Source of the DNA: an uncultured Muribaculaceae bacterium
GTDB lineage: Bacteria > Bacillota_I > Bacilli_A > RF39 > UBA660
Assembly (NCBI GenBank): GCA_964369555.1
Contig: CAYJEP010000001.1
Location: 18,034 to 53,954, forward strand
Direction: 5' to 3'
DNA length: 35,921 nt
Shown: piece after piece, positions 16,793 through 25,082 of the stretch
Layout: each line of letters begins with the position of its first letter
How positions within the stretch are numbered: the stretch's first letter is position 1
Program-made: the position numbers and the translations under genes
The notes under the pieces: generated by a model
Told to the model about the DNA's origin: nothing
The model's input: the letters and a program-made list of their open reading frames with translations, nothing else
Database searches by the model: none

Positions 16793-17340
16793 ATCTCGTT
16801 TTTATCAACAAAATAAACTTCTTCTGATATTTTCATCATTGGAGTATCCATCATTGAATCTGTATAAAACTTTTTTATCTTAACATTTGGATAATATTTA
16901 TTCAATAAATCAACTTTATTTTTACCTAAACAAACATATTTTAAATCTTTAGTTTTTAAATCAAACTCTGAACATAAAATATTATCAGTATTAATCATAT
17001 GCCTTATATAATCAAATAAAAAACTTGGACATCCCGTAATTATAATATCATCTTTTTTAATCATATCTAAGAACTCAGGTTTTAATTTATGTTTATTTTT
17101 CTTCCAAAACTCTTCAATATAAACTTCATATTTTTCAACATCAATTACTCGTGTCATAAATTTTTCTATATATTTTTCTAAAACAACTATATCTAGTTTG
17201 TTTTTTTTATACTTTCTTAGTAAATTAACAGCTGCAGGTAAATAAATTAACAGTTTAAGATCTTTAGAAATACAAAAAAGAAAAAAATCTACTATACTTT
17301 CCCCATTATATATTGTGTTATCAAAATCATATGCATTCAT
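16777..17340 (-). CDS. HAD-superfamily hydrolase (HAD-IB-like)
   Basis: N-terminal DxD motif (AYDFDNTIY); 187 aa; SD GAGGTGG. Confidence 0.6.
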   Translation of the reverse strand: MNAYDFDNTIYNGESIVDFFLFCISKDLKLLIYLPAAVNLLRKYKKNKLDIVVLEKYIEKFMTRVIDVEKYEVYIEEFWKKNKHKLKPEFLDMIKKDDIIITGCPSFLFDYIRHMINTDNILCSEFDLKTKDLKYVCLGKNKVDLLNKYYPNVKIKKFYTDSMMDTPMMKISEEVYFVDKNEIKQIK

Positions 17341-17368
17341 ATCATCACCACCTCAATTATACCACACT

Positions 17369-18298
17369 TTATTTATTTTGCTTTAATTCACTTATAGTCA
17401 CTAACTGATATCCTTCATCTATTAACTTTGGAATGATTTTAAGTAATGCATTATATGTAGATTCATATGTATCGTGAAATAAAACTATATCATAGTTTTC
17501 GACTTCATTGATAATATTAGTGTAAAGAATTTCACTATCTTTAATCTTCCAATCACTACTGTCCACTGTCCACATAACAATTTCTAAAGGTGAATTTTCT
17601 TTTAATATATTATTTAAAGAACCATAAGTAGGTCTTAAATAGTTCAATTGATAATTATATTTTTCTAAAAATAAATCACTTGATTTATTTATTTGTAGCA
17701 ACATTTCTTCTTTACTAAGTCTAGTTAACCATTTATGATCATAAGTATGATTCCCAATTTCATGACCATCATTAATCATTTCGTATATTAAATCTTCATA
17801 TTGATTTATTTTGTTTCCAACCATAAAAAAAGTGGCTTTACTGTTATATTCATTTAATAAATTAACTATACTTTCTGTATATTTACTAGGTCCATCATCA
17901 AATGTAAGCGCTATAACTTTATCATAAATAACTTCAGAAACAGTATAATCTACATCATATACTTTACCTAAATCAGAATCCATAATAGCGTTATCAAGTA
18001 AAAATACTTTCTCAATATCTTCTTTTCTCCCACTAATGTTTGTATGAGTATTCAAAACTAGACTATCTTTAGTATATAAATAGCTAATATTTAACTCATT
18101 TTTAAAAAATCCTTGTTCTTGAATTATAAAATTTTCATAAATGTTTCCTACATAACTTTTAATTTCCTCGTCTATAAAAATATTACCTGTAATAGGATAA
18201 GTAATTGAAATATTATATAAAGGTGTAGTTTCAGTTGAAAAATAGACATCTTTCTCACAACCAGTTAAAAAGATTATTAGTATTAAAAATATCTTCAT
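17369..18298 (-). CDS. Polysaccharide/peptidoglycan deacetylase (NodB domain) lipoprotein
   Basis: Lipobox LTGC after MKIFLILIIF. NodB motifs ALTFDDGPS and HTYDH are present. The ATG at 18298 is preferred over the ORF-track TTG at 18304. No SD is visible. Confidence 0.8.
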   Translation of the reverse strand: MKIFLILIIFLTGCEKDVYFSTETTPLYNISITYPITGNIFIDEEIKSYVGNIYENFIIQEQGFFKNELNISYLYTKDSLVLNTHTNISGRKEDIEKVFLLDNAIMDSDLGKVYDVDYTVSEVIYDKVIALTFDDGPSKYTESIVNLLNEYNSKATFFMVGNKINQYEDLIYEMINDGHEIGNHTYDHKWLTRLSKEEMLLQINKSSDLFLEKYNYQLNYLRPTYGSLNNILKENSPLEIVMWTVDSSDWKIKDSEILYTNIINEVENYDIVLFHDTYESTYNALLKIIPKLIDEGYQLVTISELKQNK

Positions 18299-18340
18299 AT
18301 TCAAATATATGTATTAGTTAGTAAAAGCATACACTTAAAT

Positions 18341-18739
18341 ATGAAGATAGAATACACTGATTTATTAGAAATTGAAGTTTTAAAAAAACAAAACGTAAAT
18401 ACACTTTTATTTATCATTACTTTATTAGTTTCTCTTTACTTAACATATAATGAACAGTTGCGTTTAGCAAAAAAAACCACAATTACTTCATTAAAATTTG
18501 ATCAAGCTGCTAATTTATTAAATAGAATTGTTGGGGTATTAATACTAATTAGTATTGTTTATGTATCTTATTTAGATTATAAAGTAGCCAAAATAAAAAA
18601 TGATGAAATTTCTTTATTTGAAAAAGAAATTATTGCCTCTATTCTAAACTTAGCTTCTGGCGTGATTATTTTATTAGTAGTTATTGAAGCTTTAAAAAGT
18701 GATAGTGAAACTGTTTCTTTAGAAAATCCTATTACTTAA
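18341..18739 (+). CDS. Hypothetical small membrane protein (132 aa, about 3 TM)
   Basis: ORF track only. Three hydrophobic spans, no SD, convergent 8-nt overlap with the next gene. Coding status uncertain. Confidence 0.45.
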   Translation: MKIEYTDLLEIEVLKKQNVNTLLFIITLLVSLYLTYNEQLRLAKKTTITSLKFDQAANLLNRIVGVLILISIVYVSYLDYKVAKIKNDEISLFEKEIIASILNLASGVIILLVVIEALKSDSETVSLENPIT

Positions 18740-19571
18740 GTCTAAATCTATAAGAAACATTATATAAAATTATTATAAATATTCCAGTAAAAGCAAATAC
18801 AACTCCCAGTACAAACCAATTGGTTAATAGATTAGTTATTAAAGGCGATAATAAATCTGTTGGCCCATTTAATTGTTCCATTATAATTTGATTTAACACC
18901 ACTTCTGAAGAACCTAATAAGACATATATAGTGCCACAAGCAAGTAAAGATATACCAATAAATTTAAGTGGTTTATATAGACTCTTATTTATAATTATAA
19001 ATAGTAAAATTATAACTGTAATACATATATAAAATACAAAATTATCATAATCAATTGTCAGTTCCCAATACTCTAGTAACTGTACGTTTCCAATTATATT
19101 AATATGTTCAGGCAATAAGGAAAGTACCTCATTATAAAATTGGTCAATATAAAAACTCAATTCCTCATTACTCATTGTGATATTCAAATGACTTTCACTA
19201 GACTCTAGCGCAACACTGTTTAATTTATTCAAGATTAAATCGTCATCTATATTTATTTCTGAATCATGAATTCTATCACTAAATATAGTTGCTAATATTT
19301 CATTAATTTCATCACTGTTCATAATATCTTCAACAATTAAATCAGGTACACCTTTTTGTAAAGCCACCTTGCTTAATTTATTTTTCAAAGTTATATTTTC
19401 ATCAGTCATTAAAATATAACTAGCATTTACATTTAAAATATCTCCATCTTCAATATAAGATGTTAAGTTTTTTTCTGTTATCAGATTTTTATTAGTTATT
19501 GAAAAAAATAACATTAAAAAAACTAAGATTAAACTTATACTAAGAATTATATTAGTTATTATTCTTATCAT
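18732..19571 (-). CDS. Hypothetical membrane protein (279 aa) downstream of spo0A
   Basis: ORF track; N-terminal TM, soluble middle domain, 3-4 C-terminal TMs; SD AGGAAGTG. Confidence 0.6.
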   Translation of the reverse strand: MIRIITNIILSISLILVFLMLFFSITNKNLITEKNLTSYIEDGDILNVNASYILMTDENITLKNKLSKVALQKGVPDLIVEDIMNSDEINEILATIFSDRIHDSEINIDDDLILNKLNSVALESSESHLNITMSNEELSFYIDQFYNEVLSLLPEHINIIGNVQLLEYWELTIDYDNFVFYICITVIILLFIIINKSLYKPLKFIGISLLACGTIYVLLGSSEVVLNQIIMEQLNGPTDLLSPLITNLLTNWFVLGVVFAFTGIFIIILYNVSYRFRLK

Positions 19572-19614
19572 ATTTCACTTCCTAGTTTTAATATATCACA
19601 ATTTACTATTTTTA

Positions 19615-20373
19615 TCAAACCCCAACTCTGTGGAAATCTAATCTTAATTTATCGGCTACTGTGACAATAAATTCAGAATTTGTTGGTTTAGATTTATCAA
19701 TATCCACGCTGTGACCAAATATATCTTCCATTAAATTAATATCTCCACGATTCCAGCTAACTTCAATTGCATGTCTAATAGCTCTTTCAACTCTTGATAC
19801 GGTAGTATCAAATTTTTTTGCTAATTCTGGATATAACTCTTTTGTTATTCCTCCAATTATAGCAGGGTTTTCAAACATTAAATAAACTGCTTCTCTTATA
19901 AACTGATATCCCTTTATATGTGCGGGAATTCCTAAATCATGTAATAACTTGCTAATAGAAGCCTGTAAGTTACTAGTGAAAAAATCAATACTTTTATTTT
20001 CAACTACTCTATTACATACATCATATATTTTCTTTTCTAAATCTTGTAAATCAAAAGGTTTTAAAATAAAGTAATCAACACCATATAAAGCTACTTCTCT
20101 TATAACCTCACTAGCATTATAACTAGTTTCAACTATAATTTTTTTATTTATTTTTGCTTTTTCTAATTCTTCTAAAACATACAATCCATCTTTGTTAGGC
20201 ATAATTAAATCTAATAAAACTAAATCTATTTCACTTTGTTTTTCAACAATTAATTTGAAGCCCTCTAAACCATCATAAGCTTCAAAAGCAATCACAATAT
20301 CCTTGTTTTTAAAATATTCCTTTACAGCATTAATTAGTTTAACATTATCATCAATCATTAGTATTTTTATCAT
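19615..20373 (-). CDS. spo0A: Sporulation master regulator Spo0A
   Basis: Receiver domain (IDDN, LLDLIMP) plus the Spo0A-specific C-terminal domain: HIKGYQFIREAV...ITKELYPELAKKFDTTVSRVERAIRHAIEVSWNRG. Confidence 0.95.
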   Translation of the reverse strand: MIKILMIDDNVKLINAVKEYFKNKDIVIAFEAYDGLEGFKLIVEKQSEIDLVLLDLIMPNKDGLYVLEELEKAKINKKIIVETSYNASEVIREVALYGVDYFILKPFDLQDLEKKIYDVCNRVVENKSIDFFTSNLQASISKLLHDLGIPAHIKGYQFIREAVYLMFENPAIIGGITKELYPELAKKFDTTVSRVERAIRHAIEVSWNRGDINLMEDIFGHSVDIDKSKPTNSEFIVTVADKLRLDFHRVGV

Positions 20374-20462
20374 ATTATCTCCTCTTATAAATATTTACAA
20401 CGGAAACAACATACTTCTTTTTTATTATATAATAAATTAATTTGTTTTTAAATAGCTATTTA

Positions 20463-20479
20463 TGTCTACATATGTCGAA
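20463..20479. promoter_or_regulatory. Tandem 0A-box-like motifs upstream of spo0A
   Basis: Consensus 0A box TGTCGAA at 20473-20479 and a 5/7 copy TGTCTAC at 20463-20469, with 10-nt start-to-start spacing. They lie 90-110 nt upstream of the spo0A ATG, inside or overlapping the end of tpiA. Confidence 0.4.
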
Positions 20480-21116
20480 TAATATCTAGCATTGAATTTG
20501 TTTTATTAAAATCACATGAAGCTTTTCCAACTAAAAATCCAGATAACCCATTTATTTTTTTTAGTTCTGAAATATTATTTTCATCAACACTACCACCATA
20601 TAAAACTGAAACATTATAGTTATTTTTGATATAATCAACGACTTTTTCTATTTCTTCATTAGTAGGTATTTTCCCACTACCAATAGCCCAAACCGGTTCA
20701 TAAGCAACAATAACATCTTCTTTTTTTAATATACTTAATTGATCTTTTAAAACTTCTAAAGTATCCTCACCATCATTTTCACCAACACATAAGATTGGTT
20801 TAATGTTATTATCAATTAATTGTTTTAGTTTTAATCTTAATACTTCATTATTTTCATTATAGTATTTTCTTCTCTCACTGTGTCCAATTATGCAGTAATT
20901 TACATTCATAGAGTTTAATTGTTCAGCACTTATATCACCTGTATAAGAACCATTTTTATAAATAGATACATCCTGAGATCCAAGTTCAAAACCATTAAAT
21001 TCATTCATATAAATATAGCTAGGAAAAACTATTAAACCTTCTTTTTCTACATTTTCTTTATAAATCTTAATTTCATCATAATTCATATTCATTTTTAAAT
21101 TTGCATATATTTTCAT
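20466..21116 (-). CDS. tpiA: Triosephosphate isomerase (compact, 216 aa)
   Basis: ANLKMN (Asn/Lys), IIGHSERR (His), YEPVWAIGSG (Glu) and YGGSV motifs. ATGA overlap with pgk. Confidence 0.9.
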   Translation of the reverse strand: MKIYANLKMNMNYDEIKIYKENVEKEGLIVFPSYIYMNEFNGFELGSQDVSIYKNGSYTGDISAEQLNSMNVNYCIIGHSERRKYYNENNEVLRLKLKQLIDNNIKPILCVGENDGEDTLEVLKDQLSILKKEDVIVAYEPVWAIGSGKIPTNEEIEKVVDYIKNNYNVSVLYGGSVDENNISELKKINGLSGFLVGKASCDFNKTNSMLDIIRHM

Positions 21117-22264
21117 TTAATAACCTCAATTCCAGGAAGTTTTTTTCCTTCCAGTAACTCTAAGCTAGCTCCTCCACCTGTTGAAATATGAGTAAATGAT
21201 TCTGTAAAACCAAATTTTTTGATTGCACTAGCAGTATCCCCACCACCAGCTATTTTTAAAGCATTAATATTTTTTAAAATATCACATATAGCAATAGTTC
21301 CTTTACTAAATTGTTCTTCTTCAAACAAACCAACTGGACCATTCCAAACTATTGTTTTACTAGTATCCAAAAATGATTTAAATAACTCTACAGTTTGCTT
21401 TCCTATATCTAAACCTTTTTCTTCTTTCTTAATATCTGTTATAAAAATTTCTCTACCGCTATCAGTAATAACATCAATAGGTAAAATAATTTTTTCTTTA
21501 TATTTTATTAACATTTCCTTACAAAAATCTAAACTATCTATATCAAGCAATGAACTACCTATTTCTAACTCACTAGCTTTTAAAAATGTAAAAGCCATAC
21601 CTCCACCAATTAGTAAATAATCAGCTTTAGTTACTAATGATTTAATTAATTCAATTTTATCATTTACTTTAGCGCCACCCAAAATAATTGTATACGGCCT
21701 ATTTGGATTTTCTATAACCGGTTTAAAACTAGATAATTCTTTTTCTATTAAAAATCCTATCCCACTTTCTAAATTAGTAGCAATACCAACATTTGAAGCA
21801 TGTTCTCTATGAGAAGTTCCAAAAGCATCATTAATATATATATCACCTAAGGTTGCCCAATATTCACCTAGTTCCTTATTATTTTTGCTTTCAGCTTTAT
21901 CATTTAAATCTTCAAAACGAGTATTTTCAATTAAAATAACATCACCAGGCACTAAATTATCCACAGCTTTTTCTAACTTTTCACCTCTAGTCTCATCAAT
22001 AAAAATTACATCTTTATTAAGTAATTCACTTAATCTTGAAGCAATTGGTCTTAAAGTTTTACTTTTATCTTCTAAAGTCTTTACTCTACCTAAATGACTT
22101 AGTAAAATTACTTTTGCTCCATTATCTAAAGCATAGTTAATAGTTTTTAAACTTTCCTTAATTCTATTATCATCACTAATAATGCCATCCTTAATAGGAA
22201 CATTAAAATCAACTCTAATAATTACTTTTTTATCATTCAATAAAAAATCTCTAATTGTTTTCAT
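21113..22264 (-). CDS. pgk: Phosphoglycerate kinase
   Basis: RVDFNVP N-terminal motif and typical Pgk length and layout. The start is placed at ATG 22264 (GGAG SD 8 nt upstream, MKTIRDFL...) rather than the ORF-track 22285. Confidence 0.95.
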   Translation of the reverse strand: MKTIRDFLLNDKKVIIRVDFNVPIKDGIISDDNRIKESLKTINYALDNGAKVILLSHLGRVKTLEDKSKTLRPIASRLSELLNKDVIFIDETRGEKLEKAVDNLVPGDVILIENTRFEDLNDKAESKNNKELGEYWATLGDIYINDAFGTSHREHASNVGIATNLESGIGFLIEKELSSFKPVIENPNRPYTIILGGAKVNDKIELIKSLVTKADYLLIGGGMAFTFLKASELEIGSSLLDIDSLDFCKEMLIKYKEKIILPIDVITDSGREIFITDIKKEEKGLDIGKQTVELFKSFLDTSKTIVWNGPVGLFEEEQFSKGTIAICDILKNINALKIAGGGDTASAIKKFGFTESFTHISTGGGASLELLEGKKLPGIEVIK

Positions 22265-22265
22265 A

Positions 22266-23324
22266 TTATTCTCCAAATCTATCATTAACTACATTAAAGT
22301 TATTAACTACTTCTTCACTTGTCAACACATCATCATATACCATAGCTGTATAAACATTTCCAGTTACATAAGTAGGCCAAGTACTACCACTAAATATCTC
22401 ATTGCTAAATATAGATAAAACTGCATCATTTCTTACAGCATCACCTTCTAATTTATACTCACCTAAATAATTATTATTTAAATAAAATTTTACATCTTTA
22501 GTAGTAGCATCATAAGTCATAGTTATAAAATACTTAGTTCCAATATTAATATCTGTTACGTTCCACTCCATTAATTGAGTATTTGTTCTAGTAAAAATTT
22601 TAATTTGAGCACTTTGATTTCTACCTATTCCCATACCAGACCAAGCAAATGCCCCAAACAAATTGCCTTTTTCAGGATTTTCTGTACTATCCATATCAAA
22701 ATAAATTTGTAAAGAAAAATCTTTAGTAGTACTCAATAAACCAGTACCAGCAACATCTGAAATAATACTAGGTATAACTACTTTATCATCAACTCCATCA
22801 AAATAAACACTACTTTTTTTCCACTCATCACCTTCAAAACCAACAGTCTCGCCGTTATTTCCAGATATACTTAAATCAGACCATATTCCATTTTTAGGCT
22901 CATTATATCCATCTAACAACATAACTAAGTTACTATTAATATATCCATCTGTTGTTATATCCAAGTTATAAAATTCATATGAATATGTTCCATCATTTTC
23001 TTTTACTACTTTAATAGTGTCAGTATCTAATGCTTCACTTTCAGTTTTTGGATTTATTAATTCACTAGTAATATATCCATCTTTCTCTAAATCAGAAATA
23101 TTTACAAAAACAGTTCCAACTTCATTCATTTCTTTTCTAACATCATCTTCAACACTAATATAATTTTCTACAGTAACATATAAATTATCTAAAAATCTTT
23201 CATATTCTTTTTCTTTATTACTTTCAAGCATACTACTAATACCTGCAAAAGACAAAACGCCTATAACTCCTATTATTGCTATAACAGCTATTAATTCAAC
23301 TAAAGTAAATCCCATTTTTTTCAT
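22266..23324 (-). CDS. Modular type IV pilin-like protein: prepilin N-terminal cleavage/methylation leader plus C-terminal LamG/ConA-like domain
   Basis: Class III signal MKKMG/FTLVELIAVIAIIGVIGV with Glu at +5. The C-terminal half has Laminin_G_3-like landmarks VYFDGVDDKVVIP and VYDDVLTSEEV. SD GGAGG. The stop is 1 nt from the pgk ATG. Confidence 0.75.
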   Translation of the reverse strand: MKKMGFTLVELIAVIAIIGVIGVLSFAGISSMLESNKEKEYERFLDNLYVTVENYISVEDDVRKEMNEVGTVFVNISDLEKDGYITSELINPKTESEALDTDTIKVVKENDGTYSYEFYNLDITTDGYINSNLVMLLDGYNEPKNGIWSDLSISGNNGETVGFEGDEWKKSSVYFDGVDDKVVIPSIISDVAGTGLLSTTKDFSLQIYFDMDSTENPEKGNLFGAFAWSGMGIGRNQSAQIKIFTRTNTQLMEWNVTDINIGTKYFITMTYDATTKDVKFYLNNNYLGEYKLEGDAVRNDAVLSIFSNEIFSGSTWPTYVTGNVYTAMVYDDVLTSEEVVNNFNVVNDRFGE

Positions 23325-23347
23325 CTTAGACCTCCAATTATATATTA

Positions 23348-23356
23348 ATTATAGCA
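23348..23356 (-). promoter_or_regulatory. Extended -10 element (TGcTATAAT) upstream of the pilin-LamG gene
   Basis: Minus-strand TGCTATAAT lies 12 nt upstream of the GGAGG SD. The -35 is poor (TAGCTT at 17 nt). Confidence 0.4.
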
Positions 23357-23503
23357 TATCAAAATATGAAAAGCTATATTCTTAATAAATGTATTTTTAT
23401 ATTAAATCCATACTATTAAAGTAAACATTATGCTTACATAAATTATTTTGTAAAATATTTTATTAGCTTATAAGCATGATATCTTATTTTTAAGGAGGGT
23501 TCT

Positions 23504-23710
23504 ATGTATTTTAAAAGACTAAAAGATTTAAGAATTGATAATGACTTTTTACAAAAAGACATAGCCGATTTCTTAGGAATATCACAACAATACTATTCAC
23601 AATACGAACTTGGAAACTACACTATTCCTGTTGAATTATTAATAAAATTAGCAAGTAAATATAATGTATCAACTGATTATATTTTAGGGCTTAAAGATAT
23701 AAAAAAATGA
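23504..23710 (+). CDS. XRE-family helix-turn-helix transcriptional regulator (68 aa)
   Basis: HTH_3 pattern LKDLRIDNDFLQKDIADFLGISQQYYSQYELGNYTIPVELLIKLASKYNVSTDYILG; SD AAGGAGGG. Confidence 0.8.
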   Translation: MYFKRLKDLRIDNDFLQKDIADFLGISQQYYSQYELGNYTIPVELLIKLASKYNVSTDYILGLKDIKK

Positions 23711-23733
23711 CACTTTTAATTTAGTGTCTTTTT
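23709..23733. terminator. Bidirectional rho-independent terminator between the XRE gene and mbl
   Basis: GACACT-(8-nt loop)-AGTGTC, flanked by A7 upstream and T5 downstream. Confidence 0.6.
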
Positions 23734-24715
23734 ATAATAAATGAAGATTATCTAATAATATACCCGTTCCTTCTGCAACACAAGTTAAAGGACTTTCAGC
23801 TATATAAACAGGGACTTTTAATTCATGAGAAAATAATTTATCAAACCCATCAATCAAAGCGCCTCCACCAGTAATAACAATTCCTTTATCTATGATGTCT
23901 GCTGATAATTCTGGGGGTGTTTGCTCTAAAATATTTTTAGCATTTTGTATTATTACATAAACACTTTCCCTTAAAGCTTCTTCTATCTCTTCAGAATTTA
24001 CTGTTACAGTATGAGGTAATCCAGTTACTAAATCTCTGCCTCTTACTTGCATCTTTTCTTTTTTATTGCCTGAGTAAACAGTACCTACATTAATTTTAAT
24101 ATCCTCAGCAGTTCTGTCACCTATTAATAATTTATATTTGTCCTTAATGTACTTAATTATATCGGCATCAAAAACATTCCCTGCAATTTTTATTGAAGCA
24201 CTTTTAACTATGCCACCTAAAGACAAAACAGCTATATCAGTAGTCCCACCACCAATATCTATTACCATATTGCCACTTGGTCTTGATATATCCATACCAG
24301 CTCCAACAGCAGCTACTTTTGGTTCTTCTTCCAAAAATACCTTTTTAGCTCCTGTCCTCTCCGCTGCCTCTTTAATAGCGTTTTTCTCAACTTGAGTTAT
24401 ATTTTATGGGAAACATATAATGATTCTTGGTCTTGATAAACTACTTTTCCCATTTACTTTTTTAATAAAGTGGTTTAACATAACCTCAGTCAGTTCAAAA
24501 TCTGCTATTACACCATCTTTCATAGGACGTATTGCTATAACTGAACCTGGCGTTCTACCAAGCATCTCTCTTGCACTGCTTCCAACAGCGAGAGGTCTTT
24601 TTGTTTCAGCATCTATCGCAACAACAGAAGGCTCATTTAAAACTACGCCTTGTCCTTTTATATAAATTAAAACATTAGCTGTTCCTAAATCTATTCCTAT
24701 ATCTTTTACAAACAC
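23732..24715 (-). pseudogene. mbl: MreB/Mbl actin-like rod-shape protein interrupted by one in-frame TAA (24404-24406)
   Basis: ORF-track pieces 24404..24715 and 23732..24334 are in the same frame (24715-24334 = 381 = 127x3). Reading through gives ...[68 protein letters not shown]..., a continuous MreB sequence of about 326 aa. The gene is adjacent to spoIIID, as mbl/mreB is in Bacillus and Clostridioides. Confidence 0.85.
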
Positions 24716-24750
24716 TTAATCACCATCTTTTCTATTTTAATTATAACATA

Positions 24751-25014
24751 TCATTTTTCTTTTTTAACATTTTTTAAATATTTATTCCTTGTGGATAAAC
24801 CACCTCTTAAATGTCTAATATTTGTGTGATATTTTAAAATTTCATCCACTTGTTTATATTTTTTTTCATCTATTTCTTTTAATCTTTCATGCAAATCCTT
24901 ATGAACTGTGCTTTTAGATACATTAAAGACTTTTGCTATCTCTCTTACTGTTTCATTTGTCTTTATAATATAATCAGCTTCATGAATAACTCTTTTCATT
25001 ATATCTTTATTCAT
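24751..25014 (-). CDS. spoIIID: Stage III sporulation protein D (mother-cell transcription factor)
   Basis: TVREIAKVFNVSKSTVHKDLHERL...ILKYHTNIRHLRGG closely matches my recollection of B. subtilis SpoIIID. 87 aa. Confidence 0.9.
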   Translation of the reverse strand: MNKDIMKRVIHEADYIIKTNETVREIAKVFNVSKSTVHKDLHERLKEIDEKKYKQVDEILKYHTNIRHLRGGLSTRNKYLKNVKKEK

Positions 25015-25060
25015 ATATACACCTCTATTAAATTATATAAAAATGTATATATTTTAGACC

Positions 25061-25082
25061 AAAAAAGAGTATTACAACTCTT
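25061..25082 (-). terminator. Rho-independent terminator after the SpoIIQ-like gene
   Basis: Minus strand reads AAGAGT-TGTAAT-ACTCTT-TTTT. The first arm and loop cover the last codons and the TAA. Confidence 0.55.

Noticed and set aside
23430-23477. Inverted repeat ATGCTTA...TAAGCAT and an imperfect TACATAAAT/ATTTTGTA palindrome between the XRE gene and the pilin-LamG gene, as an XRE operator
   Set aside because: The arms are only 7 bp, separated by 34 bp, and do not extend. The inner palindrome has several mismatches. This is easily produced by chance in AT-rich intergenic DNA, so it is mentioned only as something to test if the XRE regulator is studied.
24404-24406. In-frame TAA in mbl as evidence for stop-codon reassignment or programmed read-through
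   Set aside because: Neighbouring genes terminate normally at TAA/TAG, with sensible C-termini and terminators right after them. RF1 (prfA) is present and intact. I see no recoding signal. A mutation or sequencing error is far more likely.
25015-25060. Sigma-E-type promoter upstream of spoIIID (ATATACAT resembling CATACA-T)
   Set aside because: The first conserved C is missing. The presumptive -35 would fall inside the upstream terminator with a poor match. A TATAAT also lies nearby. I cannot support a specific sigma assignment by eye.
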